In this document: piece after piece, positions 42,311 to 59,589 of the stretch
How the letters are laid out: the number at the start of each line of letters is the position of its first letter
Position numbering within the stretch: the stretch's first letter is position 1
Notes under the pieces: generated by a model
Seen by the model: only the letters and a program-made list of their open reading frames with translations
The model's database searches: none
Told to the model about the DNA's origin: nothing
Program-made: the position numbers and the translations under genes
From: the human T2T-CHM13v2.0 reference genome, Homo sapiens
DNA length: 64,000 nucleotides
Direction of reading: 5' to 3'
NCBI GenBank assembly: GCA_009914755.4
Contig: CP068257.2
Coordinates: 35,104,001 to 35,168,000 of the forward strand

Positions 42311-42940
<630 letters not shown>

Positions 42941-43140
42941 AAAGCGTTGCCCTCATCAGGCTGTTTGAGAAATCTGAAAAACTGGGTAGAAAGGGAGTTC
43001 TGGGGAATGAATGCATTCAGGCAAGCCTGAAGCAGCATTAGCACCTGGTGGTGCTCTGAAAACTCCGAGAGCACTTTGCTGCCAGCTGTGCAAAGGGTAG
43101 GCTGAGGTTCTACAGCCACCAATTATGCAAGCACATGCTA

Positions 43141-43464
<324 letters not shown>

Positions 43465-43844
43465 TTATTACAATGCTTATTGTATTACAATGCTTATTAT
43501 ATTCTGGGCTTAATAAAAGAAAAGCTTTTTAAAATCTGAAGCTCTGTTGCTGAAAAAGTTTCCAATAATTAGCATAATGTTCTGCTTCTGTGAGCATATC
43601 ATTTGTGCCTTGATGACTCAGAGTCTTACAGCGTCTGAACATGACTATATGACTATAGGTTTAATTCCCAGCATATGGTCATGAAGGCAAACACAGACAT
43701 TGGGAAACTGAACTGAATCTATACTGATCCATGAGAGGTCCTGGAAGCCACTGTTTAGAAGCAATTCCTATTGTGGCGATGGTTGCTCAGCCCAGCAAAT
43801 ATGCCATTAAATAAGAGCCACAGAACTGTGTACTTTATTTATTT

Positions 43845-44517
<673 letters not shown>

Positions 44518-45413
44518 TACTTTTCTTAAAATTGAAGTTAGAAAAATAGAAGAATCCAAATGAGAGGTAGAGTTCATCAAAGTTCTTCTTGAATGTCTTT
44601 TTCAAAAAACAAAAAAAAAAATCCACATATTGAGATCCATAGCTTTTGACAAAAACATTTTTTTTTTCCATTTGAATTATATTTGAAAGACATGGTTCAG
44701 GAGAAAGAAGTGGAGAACAGCAGATTTCTTATTTCTTTGGTTCTTATGAAAAAGTCATAAGAGGCTGTGAGAGTGAGAAGCACATGTGGGTGAGCCTGGC
44801 ACTGGCTGGAGCAGGGAGGGGCCAAGCCCCGTGGAGCAGCCCCTGTACAGGGTCAGACCCCAGATGGGTCTGGGAGGATGTGGGCTCTCGTCTCCGGGAT
44901 CTGCAGGTGGTGGAGCCCTGGGCAGCGCTCTGCTTCTCTGTGGTCACTGTGTGAATGGGCACTGATGCAGAGCCCACCATGTACATGCAAGCCCAGCCCA
45001 GGGCCAGCTGGGGTGAGAACTGGCATGCAAAAGGCCTCCCACATGACGCTCAGTACAGACACAGAAGGCTCCTTATGGAGAACCTTCAGGAAAATAAACG
45101 TCTCTAGAGCACAGTGACGATCCCCAAATTGGAAAGCCCGGAATTCATGTAGGTCACATTTGCCATCACAGGCAAATGTCCAGTGATTCATAAGCATTAT
45201 GATTTGACAGAATGCTTTAGTTCTACTAAGGGTGAACCTTCTGATCACTGCTTCCCTCTTCCTCTTCCTCCATTCCAGGCGGTTATGAAAACAGAAACTA
45301 CTAACTTGAGTCCCCCAGATGATCAGCACACACATTCAATGGGCTCCTGGGCCACAAGAGTTGCAGAGTTTAGAAAACAGAAGTAACAGCAATGATCACA
45401 AAAGATGACTGAC

Positions 45414-45481
45414 CTTTGCCCTCGGTCTGCCGGGCCGCGATCACTATTAAGCCCATTTCCTGCGGTGTCTGAAACATCAGC
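45414..45481 (-). CDS. HLCS: HLCS coding exon: (G)[22 protein letters not shown](G), residues ~484-507.
   Basis: On the minus strand the acceptor is ctcttcggcag|G and the donor is GGCAAAG|gtcagt. The exon is 68 nt, and its phase is consistent with the neighbouring exons. Confidence 0.85.
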
Positions 45482-48336
45482 CTGCCGAAGAGGGGGAAAG
45501 ACCGGTTAGGCCAGACATGGACACGCACGCGGCACCAATGGCTCACACAGGAGGGACAGGGTTTGCATGCATCTGGGGGTGTGTGGCCATGGAAGGGCCA
45601 ACTTTGGTTCCACTGGCCTTCAGGAATGTGGAGCCATGAGGGATATCACCCTCCTTTCTAACCTGGGTCGTGAGAATGAAAGAGATGAAGAAAGCACCTT
45701 TTAACATCAAAAAAAGAGCATGCGAGGGGGCGTGTGTACCTGCCTGAGCCGTTACTCCATTTATTAAAGACTAACCTAGATTCTATTTCATCAGAATATC
45801 CTGCCAAGTTCTTTCTCCCCCCACCCCCAATGTATGTACCTTCTTCAAGTGACAACTAGCAATTCCTGACATTTGTTCCTACTTAGGGTGCACTTCTGTT
45901 CGAACACTAGAACACAATCATAACAGAAGTTTCTGATTATTCAGAAAACCAATATGGTGGCAATAAAGCCGTTTAAAAGACACACTATCCCCTGAGAACT
46001 AATTATGATTTAACTATGGTAAATAAATCCACACCTTCTGAGGACGCAGGAGAACTCTGCATCGTTTTCGGCTTCAGTCCTGCTTTTAAAATGGTTTCAT
46101 TGAAAAGAATACAAACTTTCCTTTGGGGGATAGGTAGAAAAGGGCATTACATCCCCACCAAATGAGTCGATATTAACTTTTTTTCAAAAAAAGGAAAGAA
46201 AAAAAAATCACACAAAAACTCCCACTCTGAGAATTTCCTGCAAGCTGCGCTCTCCCTATTTTAACCCCGTGGTAGGACAGTTCCTCTCTACGTGCCCAGG
46301 AATTGCCGATCAGGTGCTGCGCAGTCGCGGTTCGAGGTAGGATTCATCAACAGAGCAAAGATCAGGTTTGGCCACTTTGTCAGTGCAGATGAGGGGGCCT
46401 CTTTGATTTTTTTCTTTTCTTTTCTTTCTTGGAAGGAGGGGAGCAGCCAGGACAGGGATGCGGAAGGGATGGCATTTTGTAATAACATAAAGTTTCTAAT
46501 AATAAGTCTCCAGGCTTCCACAGTGGTCCTGCTGAGGACAAAGGAGCGCTAGAGAAAGACCACGCTGAGAAGCTTATCATCCTCCCCTCCCAGCTACAGA
46601 AACTGGGTGGAACTTTACAAATGGCTGGAACTCGGTAAGAGAAGAAAAATACTTAAAAGCAGAGAGAAACAACACTGTGTCCACTGTGCACCCATGGCTC
46701 ACAGAGCTCCGTCTGACGGCGCATGCAGGCCTCAGTTGGGACAGAAGGAGCCCAGAAGACCCTTCACGTGTTAAAAAGACCTCAGGACACACAGGGCAGG
46801 GGCTCAGCTGCTGAGATAGCTGTCTTCCCACACGGCTGCTGGAACAGGCACAGGACGCTTTCGGCGAGCAGGCTGGCCTCGCCGCCCATGTGCCAGGCCC
46901 ACTCCATCTCACATGAAATACAGCTCAGAAGTATTTCTCTTGGACGCCATGAATAACTCATTGAGATCGAGTGTGCTGTATGCCACTGGGTCCAAGAAGA
47001 AAGCGTCCTTTTCTTGTGTTGGACCAGCAGAAAATCTAAGAAGGAGTCTTTGTCTGTGCAGGGAGTTAACATTGTCTTTCAGGCACCTCTGTTTTCTAGA
47101 GGGTCCAGCAACCCTCCACCTGGCTTCCTAAGGCCCAGGGCTCTCGAGGTGATGGGGCAGGGGCCGAGGGGATGATTTAGCGTGTTGTGAGCAGATCGCA
47201 AAAGCAATCTAGGATGTTCTGTAAATAAACATGTAGACGGTAGACAGTCATGGGCTATAGCCAGGGACAGTGATGGGAGGGGCAGGAAAAAGGTTGGTTC
47301 AGAAACCAAACACAGACTTCTAGAACAAAGAGAAATGATTAAGGGAACATATGCACTAAACTGCTAGAGGTTTGGCAGCAGTTAACAGGGCATATTAATG
47401 AGAAGAGGGAGTCTGTGCTGAAGGCCAAGAGGAAATTCTGCAAGGAGGGAGACAACCAGGGAAGGAGCTAATGCTCAGTTTGAGACAACTGGAGGCCGCC
47501 AGATTTATTTGTGCTATCTGAGATAACTCTGGGGCCAAACCGCATGGCTCACAGTCAACAAAGCAGCATTTATAAACCTTGTCAATTCTGCATTTCTGAA
47601 AATGAAGCTGCTTGAGTTTGCTTTAGCAGAAAGGAGAAACCATAAATGCATTTCCATCCTTAGCGGATGATGTCCTTACAAAAAGAAAAAGGAAAAACAA
47701 AAAGGAGGGGGGTTCCATAATGATTACCTCCCTGCTTCTGTATATTTTCCTTCCTTGCTGGCAAAGGTTGTGGAATAAAAGCTTTCTGTGAGTGGCAGCC
47801 GAGTGCATTCACTGTGGAACCAAAGCGGCACTCAGGAAAAGCGCTCTGTTTTGTACTCTTGTGTTGAGTCTGAAACATTTGGAGCCTCCTAAGGGTCACT
47901 CTGCAAATGAGACAGCCTCCTGACCACTTTGGTTACTAAGGACAGCCCAGTAGCCACGGAGGCTCTGCCAATGGAACTGTCCTGATTGTCACATGGTCCT
48001 TTAAGATTAAGCTTTAATGATTGGGAATAACCTAAGACAGGCCAGCATGAATTAATGAAAAATCCGAATGAACAAAAACGTAAATTCAGACCAAGTCCAT
48101 CCACTTCGGGGATCTGAACCTAAGAAAATAGTCCACATTCACAACAGTGTTATAAAGGTAAAAATATGGAAACAACCTCACTGTTAATAAACAAATGGTT
48201 AAATAAATTCTGATAAATTAAGTCAATGGAATAATTTGTAATCAAATCATTATAGTTCTGAAGACTATATAGCAACGTGGAAGAAAGGCTTGCATTGGTA
48301 TGTCAAATTAAAAAGCAGCATACAAAACTATAGATG

Positions 48337-48672
<336 letters not shown>

Positions 48673-48777
48673 TAAAATTCAAAAAGGGCAGGAAGGAGAT
48701 TAGACAAAATGTTAATGATGGCTATATTAAGATTTTTTTTCTTTTATTTTAAAACTTTAATATGATGGGTAACCTTT

Positions 48778-48979
48778 CTTTTTTTTTTTCGTTTGAGATG
48801 GGGTCTTATTCTGTCATCTCAGCTAGAGTGCAGTGACTCACTATAGCCTGGACCTCCAGGGCTCAAGGGATCCTCCCACCTCAACTTCCTGAATAGCTGG
48901 GACCACTATGGGTTCATACCACCACACCTGGCTAATTTTTGTATTTTTTGGTAGAGACAGGGTTTGGTAGAGCCCAGGC
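48778..48979 (-). mobile_element. Truncated Alu flanked by a target-site duplication (gggtaacctttt).
   Basis: The sequence is the reverse complement of an Alu right arm and part of the left arm. The duplication is at 48770-48781 and 48980-48991. Confidence 0.8.
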
Positions 48980-49133
48980 TGGGTAACCTTTTGATTTAAA
49001 ATTTATTTTGAATTTTTTTTGGAAAAAAGCATATTTTTACATTTAGATATAATATTGTAATTGACTATTCATAAATACAGAACTTCTAAGTATAAGACCA
49101 AAAGGTCCGTTTTAAAAAGAAATAAGACAATTG

Positions 49134-49546
<413 letters not shown>

Positions 49547-49926
49547 CTAACAAGTGAGCAGAAATTCTTGAAACCAGTCTGTTCAGACCCAGTGATAGCC
49601 TTAAACATGGTTTACTTCCTGACCCGGGGACTGTATTTCTACAGAATTGAAGCCTGAGGAGGACTCAGACAGGGACACAAAATAATTCAGGGGCTCAACT
49701 GTTCACCACAGCATTACTGATGCAGTGTGAAAAATCAGAAATAATCCAAACAGCCCACTGTTGAAGAATTAAAAAACCCACAGCAGTCCCACATGAAAGC
49801 CCATCATGTGGTCATCAGTAATGTGGGCAGATGACCACCGGACACTTTTAGGTGATTTAATCAGGATGCAAAATCCTACAGACAGCGTGAGTCCAATCAT
49901 GTTTTGAAGTATGCTTTTAAAAATTA

Positions 49927-50220
<294 letters not shown>

Positions 50221-50565
50221 AAAAATTATTAGGAAATATACCAAAATATTAGCTGCAGTTACCTTGGGGAGTGAACATATTTGAAAAATATAGAAAAATA
50301 TTAAGTAGAACATAAGTCATCTAGGTAAGTCCCACTTCTCATTAAAAGTGTATATTCTTTTAGAATTTCTCTCTTTTTAGAAAACACAGATATATTTTAC
50401 AAAGTATTTTTCTGATAATTAAAAATTTTTTATTTTGGAGCTCTTACAATGATGTAGATATATAATTATAGACATTATATTGTTAAAAAGTGAAAAAGAA
50501 GGTTAAAAACAGTATCGTAGAATGATTCTCTTTATATACGATATGTATTTATAGAAAAATACAGG

Positions 50566-50893
<328 letters not shown>

Positions 50894-50914
50894 TTATCTC
50901 AAGAAGGTGGAAGA

Positions 50915-51254
<340 letters not shown>

Positions 51255-54200
51255 TTATGTTGTTCTATATAATCTCTGGGTGGTAAGATTTCAAGTGATT
51301 TTTATTTCTCTCTTATACTTTACTGAATTTTCCAATATTTTTATAATTGTAGTGCATTCATTTTATAAATCCTATTAAAAAAAGATTTATTTAAGCCCAA
51401 CCTATCAGTGGATTAAGCTTGCAGCTGCCAGTTCACTAGTTGGTGGAGCAATCTCCTTTCCAGCACAGATTGGCAAAGAAAGGGCGGCCAAGTGCAGGCA
51501 GCTTTCCCAGGCTGCCATACCTGTCCCGTGGCTCATTCCCTGCCGCACAGGCCAAGGCCACGGAGGGCTGGCAGTCTGCCACTGGGAGCAGCTGGCCTCT
51601 GGAAGCTGGGCTGTACCTCAGACTGGCCTCCCTTTCTAAAAGATGTTGTAAAGTCTTTCTCTGGAAAACACACCCCAAACCCTCCTAAGTCTGAGGCATC
51701 GTGCCCTGCAGCAGTCTGGCATGGGGTGGGTGTGAGGCGACCTCGAAGTCTCCCTCGGGCCTGGAGGGCTTCCTCAGCTCATGGTCCTGGCCTGACACCA
51801 GTCTGTGCTTCTCTTTGCTATCTTCTTTACCCCCCAGTTTTCTCAGCTCTGACCCTGTTCTTAGCTTACAGAGAGACACACACTCTCATGAGTGAAAAAG
51901 AAAGCCAATGGGAGGTGGCGAGGAAGAGGGAGAAGGGGGCCCCAGGCAGTCACACATTGAAGGTTCATAAGTTATTTTTCATTTTAAAAAAGCTGACTGG
52001 AAGATGAATTCCCACTGTTCATAACCCTGCTGCCCTCTGCTTAGTTCAAAGGAAGCAGTGCCGAACTTCATTTCAGAACTACTTTTAACACATATTACAT
52101 TGTAAAAACCAACCATTACATCTGAGTAGCACTTTCTAAAAAGTTAAAACGCTAAAATATCAAGATATTTCATTTTTGTTAAAGTCACACTTTAACAATA
52201 CGATTGATTTTTTTTAAGCTACTTTCTAGGCAGGAATGCACAAGATTGTTTTTTGAAAGGAAATGAACAGTGGTTTCTGCTAAAAAACGCCTCCACCGTA
52301 AAATGGAGTGAGGCCCATGAGACAGCTGTGCAACGCATGGGGACACAGTCAGGGGCAGAAGAGGCCCGACTTCTGACAGGTGACTTCTGAACTGGCGGCA
52401 GGGTCCACGGCACAAAGCTGAGGTGGCTGCCCCAGGACACTGCAGGGTCCTAGCCAGGGACCCTGGGGATATTATTCCTGGCAGCTACAGGAAGGTTCCC
52501 AAGGAACTTTAGAAACATCACAGCAGAGTGGAGACTCAGACAGGGAACGGGACAGATCTGGACTCGAATCCCAGTGTTGATATGAACATGGAGTAAGGGA
52601 ATCCATCTCTCTCAGTCTCTCCAGTCACCTATAAAATGGAACATTTTGTGCAGTGTCAGTAAAAATGAAATATGATGGAATTTGCAAAGTGGTCCCTGTC
52701 ATGTCGATCCTAGAACTTCTTGCTGCCAGAAGACAAGCAGTGCCTCCCCTTACCTCCTCCTCTTGGGGATAAGGAGGGAAGTCAGGGAGACAGAGGGAAG
52801 GAATGGAATGGTGGGGACAAATGTGTGTGTTTTACGACTCCTCAAAAATTCTATACGTGATGCCTCTCCTCTCTGTACCCATCCCTCATCACTTCTACCT
52901 ACACACACTAAGGTGATCTCTATCTGGGCTAAAAACCTTGTAAGTGACACTAGCAATGGGGGATGCAGAATCTTCACTTCCAGTTCTAGGGTCTCTGAAC
53001 CTACTCAGCAAAGCTACACATAGTTTGTTGAACTGGCTCTTCGGCTGACTTTGTTTAGGTGACTGCTTAGAAACACTGTTGGTCAGAGGTGTGCCCAGGC
53101 AGATAATAGAACAGTTTTATTGATATATTCTTCCATTCTATTCTGGATTTGACACTACGGCCTGCCCTTTCCTCAATGCACTCTGTTGGTATGCTTTAAA
53201 TCATATCCCCTTTCCGCTCTTGGTGTAGAACAGGATGAATGTTTCAGTAGGAGGCAACACGGGAATCGGGACTGTTCAAAGAGCAGAGCCATCACAATCC
53301 TCCCACTGGAGCTCCCCAGAAGCAGAGAGATGCCTGTGGGTCAGGCCCTCTGTTAGAGACACCCGCTTCATTTCCGTAGCTCCTGGCATACCTGCCCTTC
53401 TTACGTTTTTGGCTAATCTTCCCCACGTCCAGCATAAGAGCGTCCACATTGCTGCTAAATAAATCATTTCATGGCTCCCAAGGAGCCCAGTGGATTCAGC
53501 TTTCAGAATGAGGCTCCTTTTTGGTAAGTCAAGCATTTACTAATGTTGGTCTGTATTATCCAATCAAAGTGAATACAAGCCACTGTTTCTTACCCTGACA
53601 CTTCACCATAAATACTAGATGCCTGCGCATCCACTGCCTTCTATCTTAAACTGGTGCTATTACAGAATTTACAGATGAGCAAAGAAGCTTGCATAGAGAG
53701 AAATATTCATGGTGCCCACAGCCACCTCTGTGGCTGTACCTCAGCGGTAGCCCTGATGGCAGATCCCTGCCTCTGACGGCGAGCCTTCACTGCGCCACTG
53801 CACACCAGTACTCAGACTATCTGTCCCCACTCCTCCGCCAGGAGTCTCCGGATCCTCCACAAGATCCTCTCAACCCCCCTTTCAGGCTGGTCAGATCTCA
53901 TAAATATGTCCATCTTCTACAACTGGGTGTGGAGCGGCTCCTGGTGGAGAGTGTCCACAGCCTTGACCATAAGTCACCTGCCCCTAAAGAGGGTCTGCTA
54001 CTGGGAAGTGCTGCCGCTATTTCAGAGGATGGACACCGACTCACGTGGACGACACAGCAAGCAGACGTCTGCGAACAGTGTTTCTGCAGGCACCAGGTAG
54101 ATGTTTCAACTGGTCACCTGGAATTCACACCAATTTTTTGTGCTATGAGTGGCATTTTAGGTTCGTGATCTCATCCAAGCCTTCCAAAGCTGAGAAGAAG

Positions 54201-54554
54201 TCCTTCCTCACAGACAAGAGGACACAGTCTCAGAAAGGCAAAACCACTGCTATAAAGCCACATAGCAAGCAAACCAGAAATTCAAATCATGTTCTGGTTG
54301 GTTGTAAGGTCTATAATACTTTTTTCTTTTTAACCTTTTACTTCGAAATAATATCAGACTTAAAGAAAAGTTACAGGAAGAGTACAAAGCATTCCTACAT
54401 GCCCTTCACACAGCACCCAGATTTCCTAAAGGTTCACTTTTTACCATATATGTTTTGTCCATCTGTCTATCCATCATTATTTTCTGAACCAGTTGAGAGT
54501 GAGCTGCAGCCCTAATGTCTCTGTATTCCTATATGCGTCTGTGTAGCTTCCTAA

Positions 54555-54923
<369 letters not shown>

Positions 54924-56151
54924 TGATATGGCACTATTATCTAATCCAGAGGTCAGCAGAATTCTCTATAAAAGGTCAGAGAGTAAATACTGTAGGCTCT
55001 GCAGCCGTATGGTTTCTGTGCTCAATTGCTCAAACCTGCCGTCCGAGGGCAAAGGCAGCCATGCCTGTGTCTCAACATTTACGGACATAAAAATTTGAAT
55101 TTTACATAATGTTTGTGTATCACAATATATTCCTTTTAACTAATAGGCTTTTTTATTTTTTTTAGAGCAACTTTAGGTTTACAGAAAAATTGTGCAGAAA
55201 GAGTTCCCATATGTCCCCTTCCCCAACAGTTTCCTTATCATTCACATCTTGCTGTGGTGTGGTCATTTGTTACGATTTCTGAAGCAGTCTTGGTATAGGA
55301 TTATTAACCACAGCTCACTGCTTCTGTTAGGGTTCGTGCTTTGTGCTGTACATTCTGTGGGTTTTGATAAATGCATCGCATCTTGTGGCCACCATGTCAG
55401 CATTACACAGAACAGTTTCCCTGCCCTAAAAATTCCCCTGTGCTTCACTTATTCATCCCTCATCCCTTCCCCTCCCCAAACCCTTTGGCAACCACCGGTA
55501 TTTTTACTCTCTCTATAGTTTTGCCTTTCCCAAAGTGTCATATAAATTTTATTCTTTAAAATTTTTTCTGACCCTTTAAAATGTAAAAAAACATGCTTAG
55601 CTCTCATGCGGCACGAAAACTGGCAGCAGGCCAGACTCGGCCCAAGGGCCAAACTTTGCCAACCCCAGATCTCATCTATAGAGTGTATTCAAATTGTGTC
55701 CATTGTCCTAGTAATAATGCTCTTTTTTTCTGGTCTAAGATCAAATCCAGGATCATCTGATGCATTGAGCTGTCACGGCTTCTTCGTCTCCTTTAATCTG
55801 GTTCAGTTTCTTAGTCTTTTTGTTTTTCATGATCCAGACATTTTTGGAAGAGCAGGGGCAGTTATTTTGTCCTATGTCCCTCAATTTAGATAATCAGATA
55901 CCCCCGTTATAAGACTCAGGGGTGCATTTCTAGCAGGAATACATGGAAGCGATATTGTGACCTCAGGGCCTGACATCGGGAGGCAGGCAGTGCTGTCTCC
56001 TGACATCAGGGATGTTAACTTTGACCCACAGGGTTATGTGGTTTGTGCTGGGTTTTCCCACTAAATTGCCTTTGTAATTAATAAGCACTTATGGGGAGAT
56101 AAATCTATTTCTCATGAAATTTAATCTATTAGTTTTAGTATCCATGAATGA

Positions 56152-56479
<328 letters not shown>

Positions 56480-56486
56480 TGCTTGA

Positions 56487-56790
<304 letters not shown>

Positions 56791-57482
56791 TTGAATCAAT
56801 TATTTACTTGATGGTTGCCAAACAGATTTTTCTGAACCATCATTTCTTCCATATTCACTTGTGAGGTTCTACTGTAAGGAGTAACTTTTTCTTCTCCCCT
56901 CCACTTATTATTTATCTTTTAATTTATTTATATCAGAGTAGACTTATAGATTCTTATTATTTCAGTAGATTGTATGCCTTCCTATCATTTTTTATTTTGA
57001 TACTCAAATAGCCACATATCTGGCAAGTGAATGCTCCTTCAGTCTGGCTCCTGGGTCTTACTGGTGTGTCCCAGTCATCTTTCAGCATAAGAGGTCTCTA
57101 CTTTCAGGCATAAGAGGTTCTAGGCTCATCTTGAACTTTCTCAGCCCCTGCCCTGGAATCAGCGATTTCTCCAAGGAGCTCTGGTTCCTTTTGGTGAAAA
57201 ACGGTCTTTTAAAAAAACTGGGGCTAAGAAAGAGATAGAAAATGTGTGCATGTGTGTCTAGGGTGTATATATGCATTACAATTGTCCCTTGGTATTCATG
57301 GAGGATTTGTTCCAGACTGCCTCCCAAGTCCCACAGTGAGCTCTGTGGAACCTGAGTACACAAAAAATTGGCCCTCCATATACATGGGTTTCACATCCCA
57401 TGAATAATCTGCTTTGGTTGAAAAAATTCCATGTGTAGTAGACCCCTGCAGTTCATACCCCTGATGAATCAAAGGTCAACTG

Positions 57483-57615
57483 TATTTCCTTCCGTCCATC
57501 CATCCCTCCCTCCTTCCTTCCTTCCCTCCTTCCTTCTTTCTTTCTTCCTTCCTCTAGATTCTCATCTTCTTTCTCTATCTAATCTATCCATCTACCACCC
57601 ATCCATCCATCCAGT
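57483..57615. repeat. (TCCA)n/(TTCC)n pyrimidine-rich simple repeat.
   Basis: The run is visible directly. Confidence 0.85.
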
Positions 57616-58347
57616 TTGAAAACCATAAGTTCATCATAAACTCCAATCCAATCCAATACCACAAGGTTCATTCTAGCCCCTCCTTTTCTATATTCATAAA
57701 TTCTTTCTCCAATAGTGGGAAATCTGGCTTGCATTATCTACACTATTTATTCATTTGCTCAATGCCATAATACACAGGGGGAAGTGGTCTCAGCAGTGCT
57801 GACCCATATTACTGCGAAATCACACTTACTAACTAGAGTTCAATATTTGTTTACAGTTTTTTTTGCCCTTAGCCTGAGGGTATAGATTCAAATATTGTAT
57901 TGAACATTTCCTTGGATTTGTTCTTTTTTTTTCCCCTTTACTTTAGTGTGGTTATTTTATTTGTCTGAAATCAGGTTAGGTTTAACTGTACTTCTATATT
58001 ACATTTTACCCCCACACCCAAACCCCACCAATCCTTCTTTCTTTTTCATTGTTTAACCTGGTTCAGAGTCGGAACTGTACACAGACAAGTATACTCCGAG
58101 AAGTGTCACACTCCCCTACCCATTCCTTCTACCTAGGTCTCCCACTCCACCTCCTTTCTGTAAACCACAAATCAAAATCTCATTCATTTCTGGTTTATTC
58201 TTCCTGTGTTCCTTTTTGCATAAATGAATGGATACATGCATATTTTCTTATTTCCTTGTCTTCCTTACAGAAAGTTACCATTTTGTAGATGCTCTTTTGT
58301 CTCCCCCATCCACCTACCCCACACAATTAATATACCCGGGAACCACT

Positions 58348-58406
58348 AGGTTGCATACTCCTTATGAGAATCTAAGGCCTGATGATCTGAGGTGGAGCTG
58401 AGGCGG
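58348..58406 (+). repeat. 59-bp segment that is 100% identical to 59343-59401, a copy of one arm of the MER30-like element.
   Basis: The string aggttgcatactccttatgagaatctaaggcctgatgatctgaggtggagctgaggcgg occurs exactly twice in the window. Confidence 0.85.
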
Positions 58407-58465
58407 TGTTGCTAGTGCTGGGGAGCAGCTGCAAATAAGTTCACAGAGCTTTTCCTCATTTTTTC

Positions 58466-58727
58466 TTTTTTTCAGACGGAGTCTCACTCTGTTGCCCAGG
58501 CTGGAGTGCAGTGGCGCGATCCCAGGTTCACACCATTCTCCTGCCTCAGCCTCCCAAGTAGCTGGAACTACAGGTGCCCACCACCACGCCTGGCTTTTTT
58601 TTTGTATTTTTAGTAGAGATGGGGTTTCACCATGTTAGCCAGGATGGTCTCGATCTCCTGACCTCGTGATCCGCCTGCCTCAGCCTCCCAAAGTGCTGGG
58701 ATTACAGGCATAAGCCACCGCACCCGG
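58466..58727 (-). mobile_element. Alu SINE (AluY-like, internal deletion) flanked by a target-site duplication (cctcattt).
   Basis: The sequence is the reverse complement of the Alu consensus. Confidence 0.88.
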
Positions 58728-59109
58728 CTCCTCATTTCTTCTTAAAGCTGAGCAGACTCCATTCTGTGGATGTAGCACAGCCTCTTCAACCACTCTTTTA
58801 TGTATAGGCATTTAGGTAGTTCCTAAAAGGACAGTATAATGAACACTCTTATTCGCATGGATTTTTATATTGCTGGAGGTATATCTTCAGGGTAAATTGC
58901 TGGAAGTGGGATGCTGAGCCAGAAGGTAAACACACTGGTAGCTTTATCAGATTCTGCCAGAACCCCCACTACTGCACACAGCCACGCAGAGATACCTGTT
59001 TCCCTACAGCCTAACCAATGGACAGTGGCGTGTGTCTGTGCATGTGCGTGTGTATACACAGTCAATGACCAGTTAATGTCTTTTGAGTTAACTCAAAAGT
59101 TAAGAGTTT

Positions 59110-59401
59110 CTTATATATTAGGGCAGAGTCCCCAGCTCTGCCCCACCCCCCCACCCCCCAGGCTGCACAGCAGGAGGTGAGAAGCAGGCAGGCAGGTGAG
59201 TAAGAAAGCTAGAAAAGCTTCCTCTGTATTTACAGCCGCTCCCCACAGCTCACGTTACCACCTGAGCTCCACTTCCTGTCAGATCAGCAGCAGCATTAGA
59301 TTCTCATAGGAGCCCTACTGTGAACTGCGCATGCAAGGGATCTAGGTTGCATACTCCTTATGAGAATCTAAGGCCTGATGATCTGAGGTGGAGCTGAGGC
59401 G
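59110..59401 (-). mobile_element. Non-autonomous hAT-Charlie-type DNA transposon fragment (MER30-like), internally palindromic and truncated at 59401 by an Alu 3' fragment.
   Basis: It closely matches the remembered consensus block ...cctgagctccgcctcctgtcagatcagcggcggcattagattctcataggagcgcg...tgtgaactgcgcatgcgagggatctaggttgc...ctccttatgagaatctaatgcctgatgatctgagg.... The inverted arms are 59262-59315 and 59344-59401. Confidence 0.6.
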
Positions 59402-59477
59402 GAGGTTGCAGTGAGCTGAGATCATGCCATTGCACTCCAGCCTAGACAACAGGAGCGCGAAACTCTGTCTCAAAAAA
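59402..59477 (+). mobile_element. Alu 3'-end fragment (aggttgcagtgagctgagatcatgcc...tctcaaaaa).
   Basis: It matches the Alu consensus 3' region and ends in an A-tail. Confidence 0.8.
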
Positions 59478-59589
59478 AAAAAAAAAAAGCCTTGATGGTA
59501 TTTTTAGTCTAAGTGCATTAAATGTATAAATTAACTTGGGGAGAACTGACCATCTTTGTGATTTTGAGTTGTCCTACCTATGAGCAAAG

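Noticed and set aside
46288-46521. A minus-strand ORF (...LTKWPNLIFALLMNPTSNRD...) that vaguely resembles HLCS residues 460-484 ([25 protein letters not shown]).
   Set aside because: The similarity is only a few scattered residues. An in-frame stop follows immediately, and no donor gives the required GG|gt phase. The genuine HLCS peptide reproduces the known mutation sites T462 and L470 and does not match this sequence.
53689-54168. A 159-aa plus-strand ORF in an HLCS intron.
   Set aside because: It has no flanking splice consensus, no recognisable domain, no CpG island or promoter features, and ordinary intronic composition. It is on the opposite strand to HLCS. This is within the length expected by chance for a non-repetitive region.
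57591-57625. The minus-strand sequence ...AAACTGGATGG|gtggtag, which looked like a possible ...LDG|gt donor for the missing HLCS exon.
   Set aside because: It lies inside the (TCCA)n simple repeat, and the upstream translation (VYDELMVFKLDG) does not match HLCS.
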